Source: Camelus ferus (Eukaryota). From it: a stretch of 64,000 nt of DNA. Positions 26,010-39,947 of the stretch are shown piece after piece. The stretch spans positions 57,290,001-57,354,000 of the forward strand of contig NC_045696.1 in assembly GCF_009834535.1 (NCBI RefSeq), written 5' to 3'. Numbering within the stretch: position 1 is the stretch's first letter; the number at the start of each line of letters is the position of its first letter. The notes beneath the pieces are model-generated. The model was given only the letters and a program-made list of their open reading frames with translations, ran no database searches and had not been told where the DNA came from. A program made the translations under genes and the position numbers.

Positions 26010-26330
26010 CATGGTTATAATTAGAGCAGCAGCCTGTCCTGAGCGCTCCACCATCCACCCTGAGCACAGCTGGATCTGCCAACCAAATGCACAGGAGTCT
26101 AAGAGACTGCTCTGGCCTTGAAAATGATCCTTCTTAAAAGGATTTTCCTTCTTCCTCAAGGGAAAGAAAACCCATTGAGATAACACCCCATTTGCCTTCC
26201 GGCTTCCCCTGCTAACTGCCACTCCAGCAGAGCCCGAGTGTTGATAAATACAGGGGGAAGAAAGAATCGTAAGCCGAGCCTGGTCACATTGCCCCTTGTG
26301 ATATAGTTTTATTTTTAACTTTGAAACACT
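26010..26330 (+). promoter_or_regulatory. FBXO40: Putative muscle-type FBXO40 promoter
   Basis: MEF2 consensus YTAW4TAR at 26015-26024 and 26309-26318, E-box cagctg at 26067, GATA sites near 26178 and 26243; repeat-free and upstream of a donor. Confidence 0.5.
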
Positions 26331-26491
26331 TGAACTATTTCTGTTGAAGTCTTTTTCTCCTTTCCCTACCTCCTAGACAGAACTCTGTCCTCTGCTGCAG
26401 CTGCCTGCACGCCAGCCTCCTCCGGCAATCGGCTTGCTCACAGTCAAGGGACGCAGGTGCAGCAGATGCTGACTCAGCCCGTGCCGTTAAG
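26330..26491 (+). other. FBXO40: Probable FBXO40 non-coding exon 1 (start uncertain)
   Basis: Strong donor taag|gtaagc at 26492; GC-richer unique sequence ~10 kb upstream of the ATG exon. Confidence 0.55.
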
Positions 26492-29400
26492 GTAAGCTTT
26501 TCAATTGCGAGCAGGTTTGTCAAGGGGACATTTGGAGTGGTGAACATGGAGACAGAGGCTGGGCAGGATATCACCTTTTTGCTCCGGGCAAGAGGGTTGT
26601 TAAGCAAATTAGTTACACTTGGGGGAGAAGAGGTTGGTGCTGAGAATGAGCCCTAGCCATTCGTAAACTCCTGCTTTGAACCTAAAACCCTAGAGCAGGA
26701 AGAGATTACCTACTTTTTAACAGCTTAGGTTCTTTCTTCTACAATCAATCATAGTGGTTATGTGATATCTCTAAGGTTACACTGCGGTGATGGGGGGTCA
26801 GGATGGGGGACGGGGCGGGAGGAGGTGGTGAGGAAAGAGGTGGAAGGTCCAGAAACCAGGATTTCTATTTTCTAAAGTCCAAATGTTGTGATCTTTCCCC
26901 AGTCAGCACTTGCTGTTAATTGCAAGTCATTCTCAGGTACTTTGAATTCCATCCCCTATGTTAATATAGCACAATTGTATTTACTGCATATACGATTAAA
27001 TTCTTCCTGCAGAGTTTAAAACCTATTTTCCTCTAACAATATTCCCTAAATATGGTTCTCTCCTCCCCGGCTCTCTTGAATCCAAAATGCATCCACGGAA
27101 TATAAGTGAAAGTATTTTACAAATTGACAAACTTACACAGGCATGCAAACCAAAAATTGCTATAAACTTGGAATTTGCATATCCAGAGGGACGAAAGTAA
27201 AATGATTAATGATACTTGAGGTATCAAATGCTTTAAAATGTAGACAGATTATTTCTAGCTTTTGGAATAACTGCATAGTGTTGCATGTACAAACAAATTG
27301 GCAAGGGATAAGGGAGTAGTGTTTACTTTCCTGTTTTCCTCTGGACCTTGCTTTAGTGTTATATAGTTAAAAGTTCAGCTAAGGACATCCTGGGAAGTGG
27401 CCTGTGCAGCATAAGGGATTCTGTACACTCTGAACTTTGCAGTGTACAGGCTAAAGCTACGATTGCCAAGTGAAAGGAGATCTACCCAGACACCCTAACT
27501 CCTAGTTCCTGCCTGCCTGCCGCTGTAACCTCCAGGTGCATCTCATAACTCTGCTATAGGTATCTGGGTTAAAATTATGCCTGTTTGCTAGGCACAATCA
27601 AATGCACTGTGTATAATTGCCTAACTTCATTTAATTTTGTCAGGGTTTCCATGGCACCAAGGTCTTCAAGGTATATGCTGGGTACTGTTCTAGCATGACT
27701 GGGTCATATTGGCTTGGCAGTAACCAAGCAGCCAGGCTGACTCAGAGCTACCTCTAAATAATCCAATAAAGCACTTTCTTGGCCAATATAAAAGGGTAGT
27801 TTAAATTACTCTTACCAATGATATAAGCACCACATATGAGAATTAACTAGCTAATTAAATATGTAGAAAGTTTAAAGGTAGAGAGATTTCCAGTGTGGTA
27901 GAGAATGCAGGTGGTGAGGTTGAATAGATTTGGGGGAGGATGGTTTTTAGGGTATGTGAAATGGTTTTTAGTGAAAGGGCTGAAATCATAGCCCCAAAGT
28001 CCAGGATTATGGGACCAGATGTGGGAATTATCCTCAACCAACTGGTTGTGTTAAAATCTCAAGGCAAAGGGATTACTTTAATATTTAACTGTATACATTT
28101 TTTTCCCTAGAATTAAAGCAGGGAAACAGATGAACAATGTGTAATTAAAGCAACAGATTAATTGGCTGGTTAATAGGTTAACAGTTAAAGAATCTCTGTC
28201 TTTTAACTTTTGACCTTGTCACTTCCACTGAAGTTAAAGCTCAGGAATAAATAATTATTGCCAGAGCTAGCCACATGAGGAGGCAAAATAGTTCACCGCT
28301 GACATCATGTGAGGGGTGCTGGGAGGGCCCCTTGCCTAAAAATATCTCGCTGACACCAACCCTGATTGCCTACTAACTTTAAAATTATAGTAAAGAATGT
28401 TAGAACAATTATCTGCTAATCCCATTCTCTTCTGCTTGAGTCAGAAACTTAAATATACCTGCTATGTGCCTTCTCGTGACCTTGTCACTTGGTCACCACC
28501 GCTTCCTCATTCTTCCAGGCCCTGTCCAGCTTTGCTCTTGGTACCGTCTAAACTGCACACACACCCTTGGCCATTGTCATGCAGGTAGCTCTGTGTGGGG
28601 CTGTGATTTCTACAGAAATTCTCAATAAACCATCAAGGTGAAGTAGAAAAAAGAAAAGTATGTGATTAGAATCAGAGACTCTGGGAACTTGGGCAAGACA
28701 CATTGCTCCCCTGGGTCCCAGTTTCTTCTATAGCCCCTTTCCTTTGTCCTACCAGATTAGAATCTGCATTTTAAGAAGGTTGCCCAGGTGATTCCTATGC
28801 ACACTGAAGTCTGAGCAGCTCCAGAGCAGAGAATTTCTGGTTATCTGCCTGATCCAGAGTTCTGATTCTACGACTGCAAGGGTTTAGAACAAGTACTGTA
28901 ACCCCCTGAAAACAATTCCAGCAGCATTCAGAGTATCTGTTAAAACTGGAGTCCTCTGAGTCTTTTCCATTCAGTTAAAGCTGCAGTAACCTAATAAAGT
29001 TGAAAACATTTCATTTCCTTCCTATAAAACAAAACCAAAACAACAACAACAACAAAAATCCCAAATACATCAGATATCATTATACTTTCCTCCTAGATCT
29101 GCTTCAAATTGCTCTCACAGCTCTTTCAAAACACTGCCTTCATCAGGGTCCTGTTCAGTTCTATTCACTGCCGTCCTCTTCACTAAAGGCTGACTGAGTG
29201 CTGGGAGCCGTGTTGGCTGTACTCACTCTCAGTCCCTCAGAAACCGGCCCTGCGTCCCTCGAGGAGCGTGCCTGCTCTTGGCTGAAGTTCAGGTCCCCTC
29301 ACAGCCTGCACACACTCCACAGATCACAGCACTTCTGCCCTGTTTATGCCCTTCATCAGGTTCACACCATCACCAGCAACTTCCTTCAGGTTGTACCAAC

Positions 29401-29989
29401 ACCCGCAGCCAATCGCAAGAGTGATGCCAAGTCTAAACTGACACCTTCCTTTTTAAATTAATGAACAGACTAATGTAGGTAAACATTAAACATTCTCAGC
29501 TTGGGCCTATGAAATAAAGATGCCCTCACGTTGCCTTAGTGGCATCTAAAAGGTCCTCCAGGCTGGTTGCTGTACTGTTTGAATTCTTACGTGCTTGAGG
29601 AATGACTGCTTTGTGGTGATTACCAGGGGCCAAAGTGGGGGAAATTAGGGAGATACACATCCTTAAAGGTGTGAAGTAAGTTTTTTTTTTTTTTCAGTGG
29701 GGTTTGAGGATGATTAAGCTGGCAGCATGTGTAAAGTAAATTGAAATGAGAGAGAACTGAAAATTGAAAGGCCAGCCAAGGGCTGTGGGAGTGATGCAAT
29801 GGGAAGAAATAGAGGTCTGGACAAGGGTGTGACCGTGAGAATGACCTTCCTGATAGAGGAAGCACTAACAATTGAGTGACTGTTGTATAGTAGACATGCT
29901 CCTACTTTATCTCATTTGATCCTCACACAATGGATGAATAAATTAGCTTTAGGGAGATTCAATAACTTGTCCAAAAGGACTCAGCAAAA

Positions 29990-30495
29990 CAGGAGAGTGT
30001 TTATTAACTTACTTTAGATTGGGGGTGCCAGGTAAGACATCTTTGTGGAAGTAAGACACAAGCTGAAATCTAAATGGCAAAAAGAGCTCACAATGCAAAT
30101 AAGAAGCAAGGGGAGAGTTCTCCTGGGAGAAAGACCAAGTGCCAAGGCCGTGCACCAAGGCCGAGCAGCAAGGCTGGAGCTACGTGCTCAAGAGGGACGG
30201 GTAAGGCGAAAGAGGCAAGCAGGGGACACTTGTGTAGGGCCTTGTGGGCAAGATAAGGACAGAGATTATTCCTTGTGATGGGATGAAATCCCCTAAAGAT
30301 TTTAAATAGGAGAGTAATGATCTAATGTTAAAAGTGGTTAAAATCACCTTTTCTGCTGGCGAATATAGATTATGGGGCACAAAACGGGAGGAGTGAGACT
30401 GATTATAAGGCTATTGCACCAGACTGGATGAGATCGTGATGGTGCCTGGACCTGGGCAGTGGTGGTGGAGATGGAAAGAAATGGATAGATTTGCC
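29990..30495. mobile_element. LINE-2 fragment
   Basis: Typical L2 motifs (aggctattgcaccagactggatgaga...gatggtgcctggacc...ggtggagatggaaagaaatggatagattt). Confidence 0.6.
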
Positions 30496-33400
30496 AACTG
30501 CCCTTTCAGATCTTTCTCTAAGGCCTTCCTACCTAACTGGGCAGTAGTTTCTTTGTGACTGAAAGCACAATATCCAGCTCTTCTAGCTCTCAAACTTGAG
30601 CTTACAGCAGAATCAGCTGGATTCGGTAGGTCTGATTAAGTAGGTCTGATTTGTAGGGCCCAATAGCGTACATTTCTATCCAGTTCCCAGATAATGCTGA
30701 TGCTATTGGTTTGGGTCCCACATTTTAAGGACCACTGACTTGACTTTGCTCATTAACTTACTCCTTTCTGAGTCATCCACAGAGCACCACAACCTGGATC
30801 AATAAAGTTCTGCTCCCTTGCCAGGTTCTAAACTCTCTCCTGTTTCTTTAAAGAAATGTTCATCCCTAAACTCATGTACCTGGTCCTTCCACCTACTTAT
30901 ATTCCACTTAAGCTGCATCCACTACAACCAGTAAAATCTCATTCTTTGTAGATCTTTCAACTATTTAAGTCTAAATTACATTATTTTGATATAATATAAT
31001 AATTATATTATTTTGATATAATGTAATAAATTACATTATTATTTTATAGGAGTAGGAATGTGTCTCCCCCAAATATGTTTTAAAGTTCCCCTGTCTAGAG
31101 GAGACAGTCACAGTAATATAATTTAGACTTAAACAGTTGAAAGATCTACACAGAATGAGATTTTTCACTCATAGTACTGGATGAAGTTTAAGCGGGGAAA
31201 GCGTTTTGGCCATAGACTTGATGGAAGCTCATGTTTAAGAGGAGGGAAGGTACCTACTGCCTTTTCAGACAAGAAGCAAGAATTTGGAGGTGAACATAGG
31301 GGCACAGAAACTGAAGGGGGAAATGGCACTTGGATAACCATACTCTGTTTCAGGCATTGAATTTTGTCAGGTTTTTTCACAGTGAAGAGTTTTTATAATC
31401 TATGTGCTTTGATTTAATAGGTGTTTCATTTTAAACCTCAGAATCCATATTGTAGTGCAGATTTTTAACCCTGAAAATCTTCCCTGTTGTATCTGTATTC
31501 CCTGAAATGCAAAGGCCTGGGACCTGGATAGTCTTCTTGTTTCCTCCGCTCAGAAGGGCACAGTATGGGATGTGATCCAGAGGAGGATCAAAAATATCAT
31601 CATAGGAATGGAGGTGCTTCCTCATGTGAAGCATCCAGCTCCTCTACAGTTTGGGAAGATTATACATGTAGACACCTTTCTGTGCCCCAAATGGGGGAGA
31701 AGAGGCTCTCTCCTGGTAGAATCTAGCCATGGGCTTGCATTCTTCCCAAATCATGGAGATGGACCACACGTGTCTCTGTGGGTCTCTGATGAACACAGTG
31801 TGATGTAGCAAAGAGTAGAGTTTGAAGCCAAACTTAGGCTACCTTGTGCCTCAGTGTCCTCATCAGTAAACTGGAAATGTTAATACCTACCTCACATGAT
31901 TGGTGTGACAATTAAATGGGAAGTTATGAAAAGCACATTTTAAGCACTAGTATCTTACTTCTCTTCTTCCATAACATCCAAAATTTAGAGAAATCACTCA
32001 ATCTGGGAAAGTCAGACAAACCCCATGGAGGATGAGGATCTAGTCATTGCACTGGAACAGGAATTGGGAGAACAGGGCGTCTCATGTTACAGGACAACCA
32101 ATGATCAATCTAATTTGATTAACTTGGGGCAATACCAGTTGGCTCCAACCTAAGGTGGTTAATCAGCTGTCCAAGTTTACCTGGGACTAAGAGGTTTCCT
32201 GGGAGCTGAGTCTTTCAGTGCTCAAACCAGGACGACTAGTAACCCTGCTTCTCCAGCAATAATTAGACTATTAACAATTTTGGGTCATCCTTTATCTTAG
32301 TAGGAACAATTTCCCCCAGGTACACAACAAAAGGTTCAGGTGTGATTTGTTTTATGCCCTTAGGCTATATTTATCTTCTCCTTTCCTCTACCGTCAAATG
32401 TCTCCAAAGAGGGGTCTCCACCCACTGTCTTTCTCCTCAGTGCATGTCCTCTCTCAAAGTCACTCATCTGGGGTAGCTCCAGAGCCTGGCAGAAGATCTT
32501 TAAATAGCAACATAGAGCAAAACAAAATAGCAACAGCATCTTTGTCGCCTGCTTGCATTGCTTTTCTTTTCTCTTAAAGCGGTATTTTCAAATAACTTCA
32601 AAGAGATGGAGAGCAGTAAGGCTCCACCACAAATGTTTCCAGCTTCAGTAACACTGTTCCTAAGAACCATCTTTACAATGTTGTAGGATAAGGAATGATT
32701 AGGCTAGAGTTCAACACTGCTGTCCCTCCTGCCAACAGGGGCCGAGTTCTCACTACACACATGGAGCGCACGGAACAAACTAGGGCTGCTTTGCCCTCAT
32801 GGGAACTGGGCTCAACTCTTTGACAGAACCAGGCTGGCAAATATGAATTTGGACATTCCTGGTGCTGGTAGCTTTTTTCACATAGCCTTACTCCATTTGT
32901 GATCTGCCTTTTCTTTCCCACCTAAAAGCCAACAGGGGACTCTGAGTCATCCAGACCCCATTCTTATTGATGAATGCTTGTCACATTCTCCAGCGAGGGC
33001 ACAGGCCCTGCCAACATTGGAGTATGTACTTAATAGCTTTCTCCTCCCTTCCGAACAAACATCAGATTTTGAATAGCCAAGGGTCCCACTGCATAGCTGA
33101 AACACATATGCTCTGGCAAGAGCTCTTTGAGGACCTGCCATGAGCAGTGGCATTGTCCTCACTGTTTTTAATTAACCTCATGGCCGCTTTGGAGGCTATC
33201 ACTCCCCCTTTCCTTTCCATCTGGCAACATAGTCCTGACTCTCTTAGCTCTGGTCTCCTCTGGCTCTACATCTTCTTAATGTCCCCAAAGTGGTCATAAT
33301 CAGCCATGTACTTCACGGCTCATATTTCTGTTCTGTGTTCTCACTTCCCCAATTATGGCTTCCTCTCACTTTTAAGTGGATAATTCTCAAGTCTGCATCT

Positions 33401-34215
33401 CTATATGCTAACCCCTCATCTTTCCACCTGTGTGATCTGTCATCACCTAAAGCAACTTGTTGGACCCGTATATCTTCCAAAAACAGTTCCCCCCTTAAAC
33501 CTCTATTTTTCTCAGAATTACACCCAATATTTTTTCTTCTTTCCCCATCTCAACCAGAAACAAAAATGTTAGTTGATTCTCCCTTGAATGTCTCCTATCT
33601 GTCTCATCTTGCCTGTTTCTACTGTCATCAGTCTTACCCATCTAAGCCCCCATCATGTTCTCTACACAGCAGTTTCTAACTCTAGGTTCTTCTGCCCAAT
33701 CCCTCCACCACTGCTAGTTAACACCCCAATTACAATGTTAAATGGTTCCTTATTGAGCACCAAATAATTCCCGATGCTTGAGCCTAACATTTGTGAATTT
33801 CCATAAGTCTGTAATGGCCTTTTTTCCCTAGGAGTGACCTGGAATATGGCAGGAGCCCCTTGAATGTTAAATTGTATGTTAAAGATCCAGAAGCTGAACT
33901 CTTGCATCCAAAAGATGTGCTCTTTGCCTTATCCTATTCTGCTCCATCTCAGTCCAACCCTCACAGCCCTTCCATTCTGCCTAGCTCCCTCTTTAGCTGA
34001 TTTATCTTCTGCTTGGCCCTGAACCTGTTCATGTTCTGGCTTGTACCTTCTCGCCTGCCTCCTGATTCAGGCTATTAGGATATAGAGCCCTCTGGCATGA
34101 CCCTCTTCCACACTCAGTAGTCCTAGTAGATACAAGTCAGATGGAGAATGTGTTAAGAATGTAAATTCCAGGACACACCCTTCACTCAAGTCAGGGGTGC
34201 AGCCAGCATTTACAG

Positions 34216-34422
34216 CAGTGTTGTCCAATTGAATGTTTTATGAAGATGAAAATATTCTCTTCTCTGTTGTCCAACAGAATAGCTACTAAACATATGGGGC
34301 TACTGAACACTTGAAATGTAGCTAGTATGACTTGAGGAGCTGAATTATTAATTCTATTTCATTTTGATTAACTTATATTTAAATAGCCACATGTGACCAG
34401 TGGCTACCATTTTGAACAGTGT
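34216..34422. mobile_element. MER3-like hAT DNA transposon
   Basis: cagtgttgtccaat...gaacacttgaaatgtagctagt...aatagccacatgtg...gctaccattttgaacagtg. Confidence 0.75.
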
Positions 34423-36396
34423 GGATCTATATATTTAATAGGCAGCACAACTGATACTGATGAATGATAATGTTTAAAGCCACTTTAACAAACAGTCCAG
34501 GTGACCCTTATGCTCACTTACTGGCACATAGTAGGTAATCAAAAAAGGTTTGTTGAATGAACAAATGAATACATGAGTGAACTAGCATACAATTTCCTTG
34601 AGATTTAAGGCTGTATCTTCTAAAAATGAAAAGTTGAGGGGGCTTTTCCAGACTAAAAGAGGCTAAAAAGACTTAACAACTAAATGTAATAAATTCACCT
34701 TAAAGGTATTCTGGTTCAAAAAAATTTTTTAAAGTAGAGAAAACATTTTGGGGATAATTGGGGAAGTTCGAATAAGACAACGTGTTACATGATATTAGAA
34801 AATTATTTTTAATTTTCTTAGGTGAAATTATGTTGTTATAGTTACAAAGGAAGATGACTTTATTCTTAAGAAATAATATACCGAAGTACTTACAAATGAG
34901 GTGTCATGATAACAGCAACTTATCTTCAAGTGGCTTGGTAAAAAATGCGTGTGTGTGGGTGTGTCTGTCTGTGTCTGTGTAAAGAGAGTGAGAAAGTGAA
35001 ACTGGCAAAATGTTAATAACCATTGAATCTAGGTAGAGTATATTTAGGTTCATTGCATATATTACTTCACTTTTTATGTATATTTGAATTTTTTTTAGTT
35101 GGAGGAAAATTCTTCCACAATGAATTGGCAAATCCTAGAGCAAAATAAAATGAAATTTAAAAATACTGCATCTTCTGATTTTTGGGGTGCTAACCTCACC
35201 CTTCCCCATTCCATCCCAGACTAACACAGTGCTAAAATTATGCTCTAAATTCTCTAGACCAGATATTACAAACTAGCAACCTACCAATCCTATCTAACCT
35301 GCATTTATGTTCTTCATTGGTCAAAATAGAAAAAAATTAAATTAGTTGCCAACATTTTAAATTCCAAGGATTTTTATCTTGATATATTATATAATAAAAT
35401 ATTTTGTATTACAATGAAATATAAATTACTTGTTTTACAATAGCAAACGTGTATAGATCACTTTCTACAAGGCAAGTACTGTGCTAAGAGTTTCAGGTGT
35501 GTGTGACTCACTCCTCACGACAGCACTGTGAGACAGGTACAACTATTACCCTCCCTTCACAGATGGGGACACTGATGAACAAAGAGGTTAAGTAACGTTC
35601 CCAGTGTCTCACAGTTACTGACTTGTAGTGCCAGGGTTGACGCCAATGCAGTTTGTCCCCTAACCACTGCACTGTATCACCACTCACAAAAGTCTGCGTC
35701 CCTGGTTTCTCTGAAACATAAGAAGATCTGGCAACACATTCCCACATGGGACCAATGGACCAGAGGTGAGGAGATGCAGTCCTCTGAAGTTAGGGCATCA
35801 TCTCCTCTGCTTGCCAGGGTCCCCACACAGCCTGCTTCTGGTGCCTTTAGGGTTAGACTCCTGCTGTAGCCTCAGAACAGCTGAGTACACCAGGGCAAAT
35901 GACACATGATGGATACTTCTACAGACACTCGCATACTGCCCCACTCCAAGCTGGATATCAGGCTGATCTCTAAGTGGACATGAAGCCCCAGTGGGAGAGA
36001 AAGGCTACAGGGGTAACTTGGGCTAGATCGGGGTAAGGGTTGAGATACCAGGGTAAGTGTTGGTGGACAATAGAGAAAAGTTACAGGAAGCAGAAGTTAC
36101 ACATCCCATGGTTGTTAAGATGGCCCATCAGAGGGCAGCATAGAGTATGGGTCAGAATGGCCTTGGTTGGAAACCTGATTCCATCGCTTAGCAGCTGTAT
36201 AACCTTGTACAAGATATTTAACTTCTTTAAGCTTCTGTGTCTTTGACTGTCAAATGGGAGCCATGAAACTTACTTCAAAGGTGGTGGAAGGTATTACATG
36301 AGAGATTATGTGAAGTCTCTTTGGCCCTTGTGAATATAGATAATCAAAATGCTTTTCTTATTAATCGCTCATTCACATTTTTATATTTCCCCCTAG

Positions 36397-36429
36397 AGTT
36401 ACAAAGCAAGCCGAAATTTGGAAGCTATG
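36397..36429 (+). CDS. FBXO40: FBXO40 exon 2: 30 nt UTR plus the initiator ATG only (36427-36429)
   Basis: tttccccctag|agtt...gctATG|gtaagt; phase 0 joins G of the next exon giving MGRARR. Confidence 0.8.
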
Positions 36430-37315
36430 GTAAGTATGAGGTGCTTATAACACCTTCACCTTTCAGAGGTCCAGGTCTCGCTTCATTTAGCCTGTAGCCC
36501 AAGCAGCTGGCAGGTTTGTCTTTTTAGTCTGATAATATATATTGGCTTTTTGCCGGACAAGATGCTAGAGCAGAACCTAGAAGCAACTGACACAGAGTTG
36601 AGGGCAAGCAGAGAGCTGAGAAAGATTTGAGAGCAAAGATTTTTAGTAAAACTTTCCATTTGAAGAAGCAAAAAATCCAGCTATAATCTAAATGGCTAAC
36701 AATTCCTTCATTCAGCAAAGATTATTGAGTACTTACAGTGGTCCAGGCCCTGTGACAGGTGCTGGGGATGCAGATGTGAACAAAACCAGACATGCCTCAT
36801 ATGCTCCCGGCACGCCCCCTGGTGATAGGTAAAGTTGATTAAATGAATGACAGCACACTCACAGCCATTATGAAGAAAGTATGCAAAGAATAATTAATAA
36901 AAGCCCCCAGACATGTCATAATAGCAAGTTAAAGCCAGATGAAAAATTGTATCCATAGTATTAACTATGTCATATAAATCCTCCATAATCCACAGCTCAG
37001 AAATAACTGACAACCTTGTAGTGCATTACATTCAGCTTTGTTTTTTTCTATTCTCAGCACATCTACTACATACATAGAATAAACTATTGGAAATAAAGAG
37101 AAGACTGTTGATAGTTGTTATCTCTGGGTTGTGGGATTATGAGTGATTTTTGCTTTCTTCTCTATGATTGTCTATACTTTCTGAGGTTCCTGCAATAAGC
37201 ATGTAGCATGTATCAGCAGAAAATAAGTCGATTAAAACACGCTCCCAGACACTCACAGAGCTCCTCTTGCAGCAGTCATTTGTTCTCTCCTTCCCCTTGC
37301 CTTCGGTGTCTCCAG

Positions 37316-39229
37316 GGCCGGGCACGCAGGCCTCCCCCAGGGCAGCACAGGCACTGTGAGAGATGCTTCAACCGGCACTGCCATGTTCCTGTGGAGCCCA
37401 CTGTCTCCTGCCCGGTGATAAGCTGCCGCCTGTCCTGTGGCGCTACCTTCCACATGTGCAAAGAGGAAGAGCACGAGCTCCTCTGCCCTTTAGAGCAGGT
37501 TCCGTGCCTCAACTCCGAATACGGCTGCCCCCTTTCCATGTCCCGCCACAAGCTGGCCAAGCACCTGCACGTGTGCCCCGCCAGCGTGGTCTGCTGCTCT
37601 ATGGAGTGGAACCGCTGGCCGAACGTGGACTCCGAAACAGCCCTTCATGAGAACATCATGAAAGAGACCCCCAGTGAGGAGTGTTTGGACACCGCCCTGG
37701 CCCTCCAGGACCAGAAGGCCCTTTTCAGATCTTTGAAAATGGTAGAGCTTTTCCCAGAAACCAGAGAGCCCACTGAGGAGGAGCCTGCGACCAACGGTGA
37801 ATCCAGCTGGGAGGAAATGGGAGGAGCGGTGGGTGGAGCAGATGCCGGTTTGGTAACACACGGCTCCCTGGCAGCCATGAATGGAGAGGTGGCAGAGCCG
37901 AGCCAAGAAGAACGAGAGGTGTTAGCCAAAACCAAAGAAGGGATGGACCTGGCCAAGTTTGACAAGTGGGAAAATATGTTCAGTAAAGAGCACGCGGCCT
38001 CTGCTTTAACAAGCACATCGGCGAGCCTTGAGAGCAAGTGCAGGAACGGCCCAGAGAAAGAACAGGTTTCCAGCGGCAGTAACTCAGGAGAGGAGGGTGC
38101 TGCCAAGGGGAAAGAATTACAGGGAAACCAGAAGCAGCAGGACTTTAATGCAGCCGTGGAAAAGACAGGGCTTGCCCCTTGGCAGGATGGCGTTCTGGAA
38201 AGGCTGAAGACAGCTGTGGATGCAAAGGACTATAATATGTACCTGGTGCACAATGGGAGGATGCTTATTCACTTTGGTCAGATGCCTGCTTGTACACCTA
38301 AAGAGAGAGACTTTGTTTATGGCAAACTTGAGGCTCAGGAAGTGAAGACTGTTTATACCTTCAGGGTTCCTTGGAGTTACTGTGGGAAGCGGGCTCGCCT
38401 CGGAGATGCCATGCTGAGTTGTAGGCCAAGTGAACACAAGGCAGTAGATACTTCTGATTTAGGGATCACTGTGGAGGACCTGCCCAAATCAGATCTCATC
38501 AAGACCACCCTCCTGTGTGCTTTGGAAAGAGAACTCAAAGGCCATGTCATCTCTGAATCCAGAAGCATTGATGGACTGTTCATGGATTTTGCTACACAGA
38601 CATACAGTTTTGAGCCAGAACAGTTTTCCTCTGGCACAGTGCTGGCTGACCTCCTGACCACTGCCAACCTGAACGGTCTCCACGTGGAGCTCCACAGTGA
38701 GTGTGTGACCAGGAGACACAACAAGAGCAGCTCTGCCTTCACTTTCATTTGCAACAAATTCTTCAGGAGGGATGAATTCCCCCTACACTTCAAGAATGTT
38801 CACACAGACATTCAGTCATGTCTCAATGGCTGGTTCCAGCATCGATGCCCCCTTGCCTACTTGGGATGTACCTTTATTCAAAACCATTTCCGTCCCCCAG
38901 GGCAAAAGGCAAAAGTGATCTATAGTCAGGAGCTCAAGACCTTTGCCATCAAGCCGGATGTTGCTTCAGAGCTGAGTGAGGGAAGAAAGAATAACCGTCT
39001 CTCAGGCCGCGAAGGAAAAAGCCAGAATTCTCTAACCAGCCTGCCCCTGGAGATTTTGCAGTACATTGCTGGGTTCTTGGACAGCATCAGTCTGTCCCAG
39101 CTCTCCCAGGTGTCTGTGCTGATGAGGAATATCTGTGCCACTTTGTTACAAGAGAGAGGGATGGTCCTCCTGCAGTGGAAGAAAAAGAGGTATTCCCATG
39201 GAGGAACCTCCTGGAGAGTTCACAGAAAG
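37316..39229 (+). CDS. FBXO40: FBXO40 exon 3 (638 codons; TRAF-type zinc finger, F-box LTSLPLEILQYIAGFLD)
   Basis: Acceptor gtctccag|ggc; long open frame matching recalled FBXO40; donor aag|gcaagt. Confidence 0.97.
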
Positions 39230-39437
39230 GCAAGTAAATAGTCATTCATTCATTCATTCTTCCCTTCAACAAATACTTATTAAAGACCTTCTATGCACCA
39301 TGCACTGTACTAGACACTGAGATTGTACTAGGTCACTGGGAATAAGACACAGTTTGTGAACCCAGGGAGGTCAGCCTGGTAGAGGAGACAGACCCACAAA
39401 AATAAAAATGGCAGTAGAGATGGTAGTGCCTGTTTCT

Positions 39438-39947
39438 ATGTATGTGACCTGGATGTCTTCTGTTTGGTCACATGATCCATTCCCCAACTTTCTCCTTCGT
39501 GGTCTGTCTCCCAGGAGGCTGATCCCTACCGCCTGCCCTAACCAGCTCCCTTGCCCTCAGCTTCCAGAGGGGCTAATCTAATGGGAGTGTATCGGCAGGA
39601 GATGGGTGGGAGGAAGAAGAGTGTGGTTGACATGTCTATTCTGGTTTCCCAGCTGCATGCAGTCTTCCCTCCACGACACTTGGCACTGGCCACGTCCCTC
39701 CACTGAAGGTGGTTATATAGGTGGCTCTCTCTGTGATTACCAATTCTGGGTTCAAATGACCTCTTTCTTCTCCCCTTTCTAGGCCACTCTAGATTGTTAC
39801 TAGCCGGGATATTGCACTCTGTCTTGTGGCTTTCCTGTACCCTGCCCACACATTTACACATTTGTGTATCATTCCTCTTTAAAATTATCTTCTGATTACC
39901 CAGTTTGAGTGTGCCACCTGTTTTCTGCCTGGGCTCTAATTGATACA
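39438..39947. mobile_element. ERVL-type LTR (LTR33-like)
   Basis: tgt start; end ttacccagtttgagtgtgccacctgttttctgcc...tgataca. Confidence 0.6.

Noticed and set aside
37208..37315. N-terminal 36 aa of the 677-aa ORF
   Set aside because: Intronic polypyrimidine tract and acceptor; the true start is the ATG exon at 36427-36429
37253..39141. Many overlapping and antisense ORFs within FBXO40 exon 3
   Set aside because: Shadow frames of a GC-rich coding exon; no independent support
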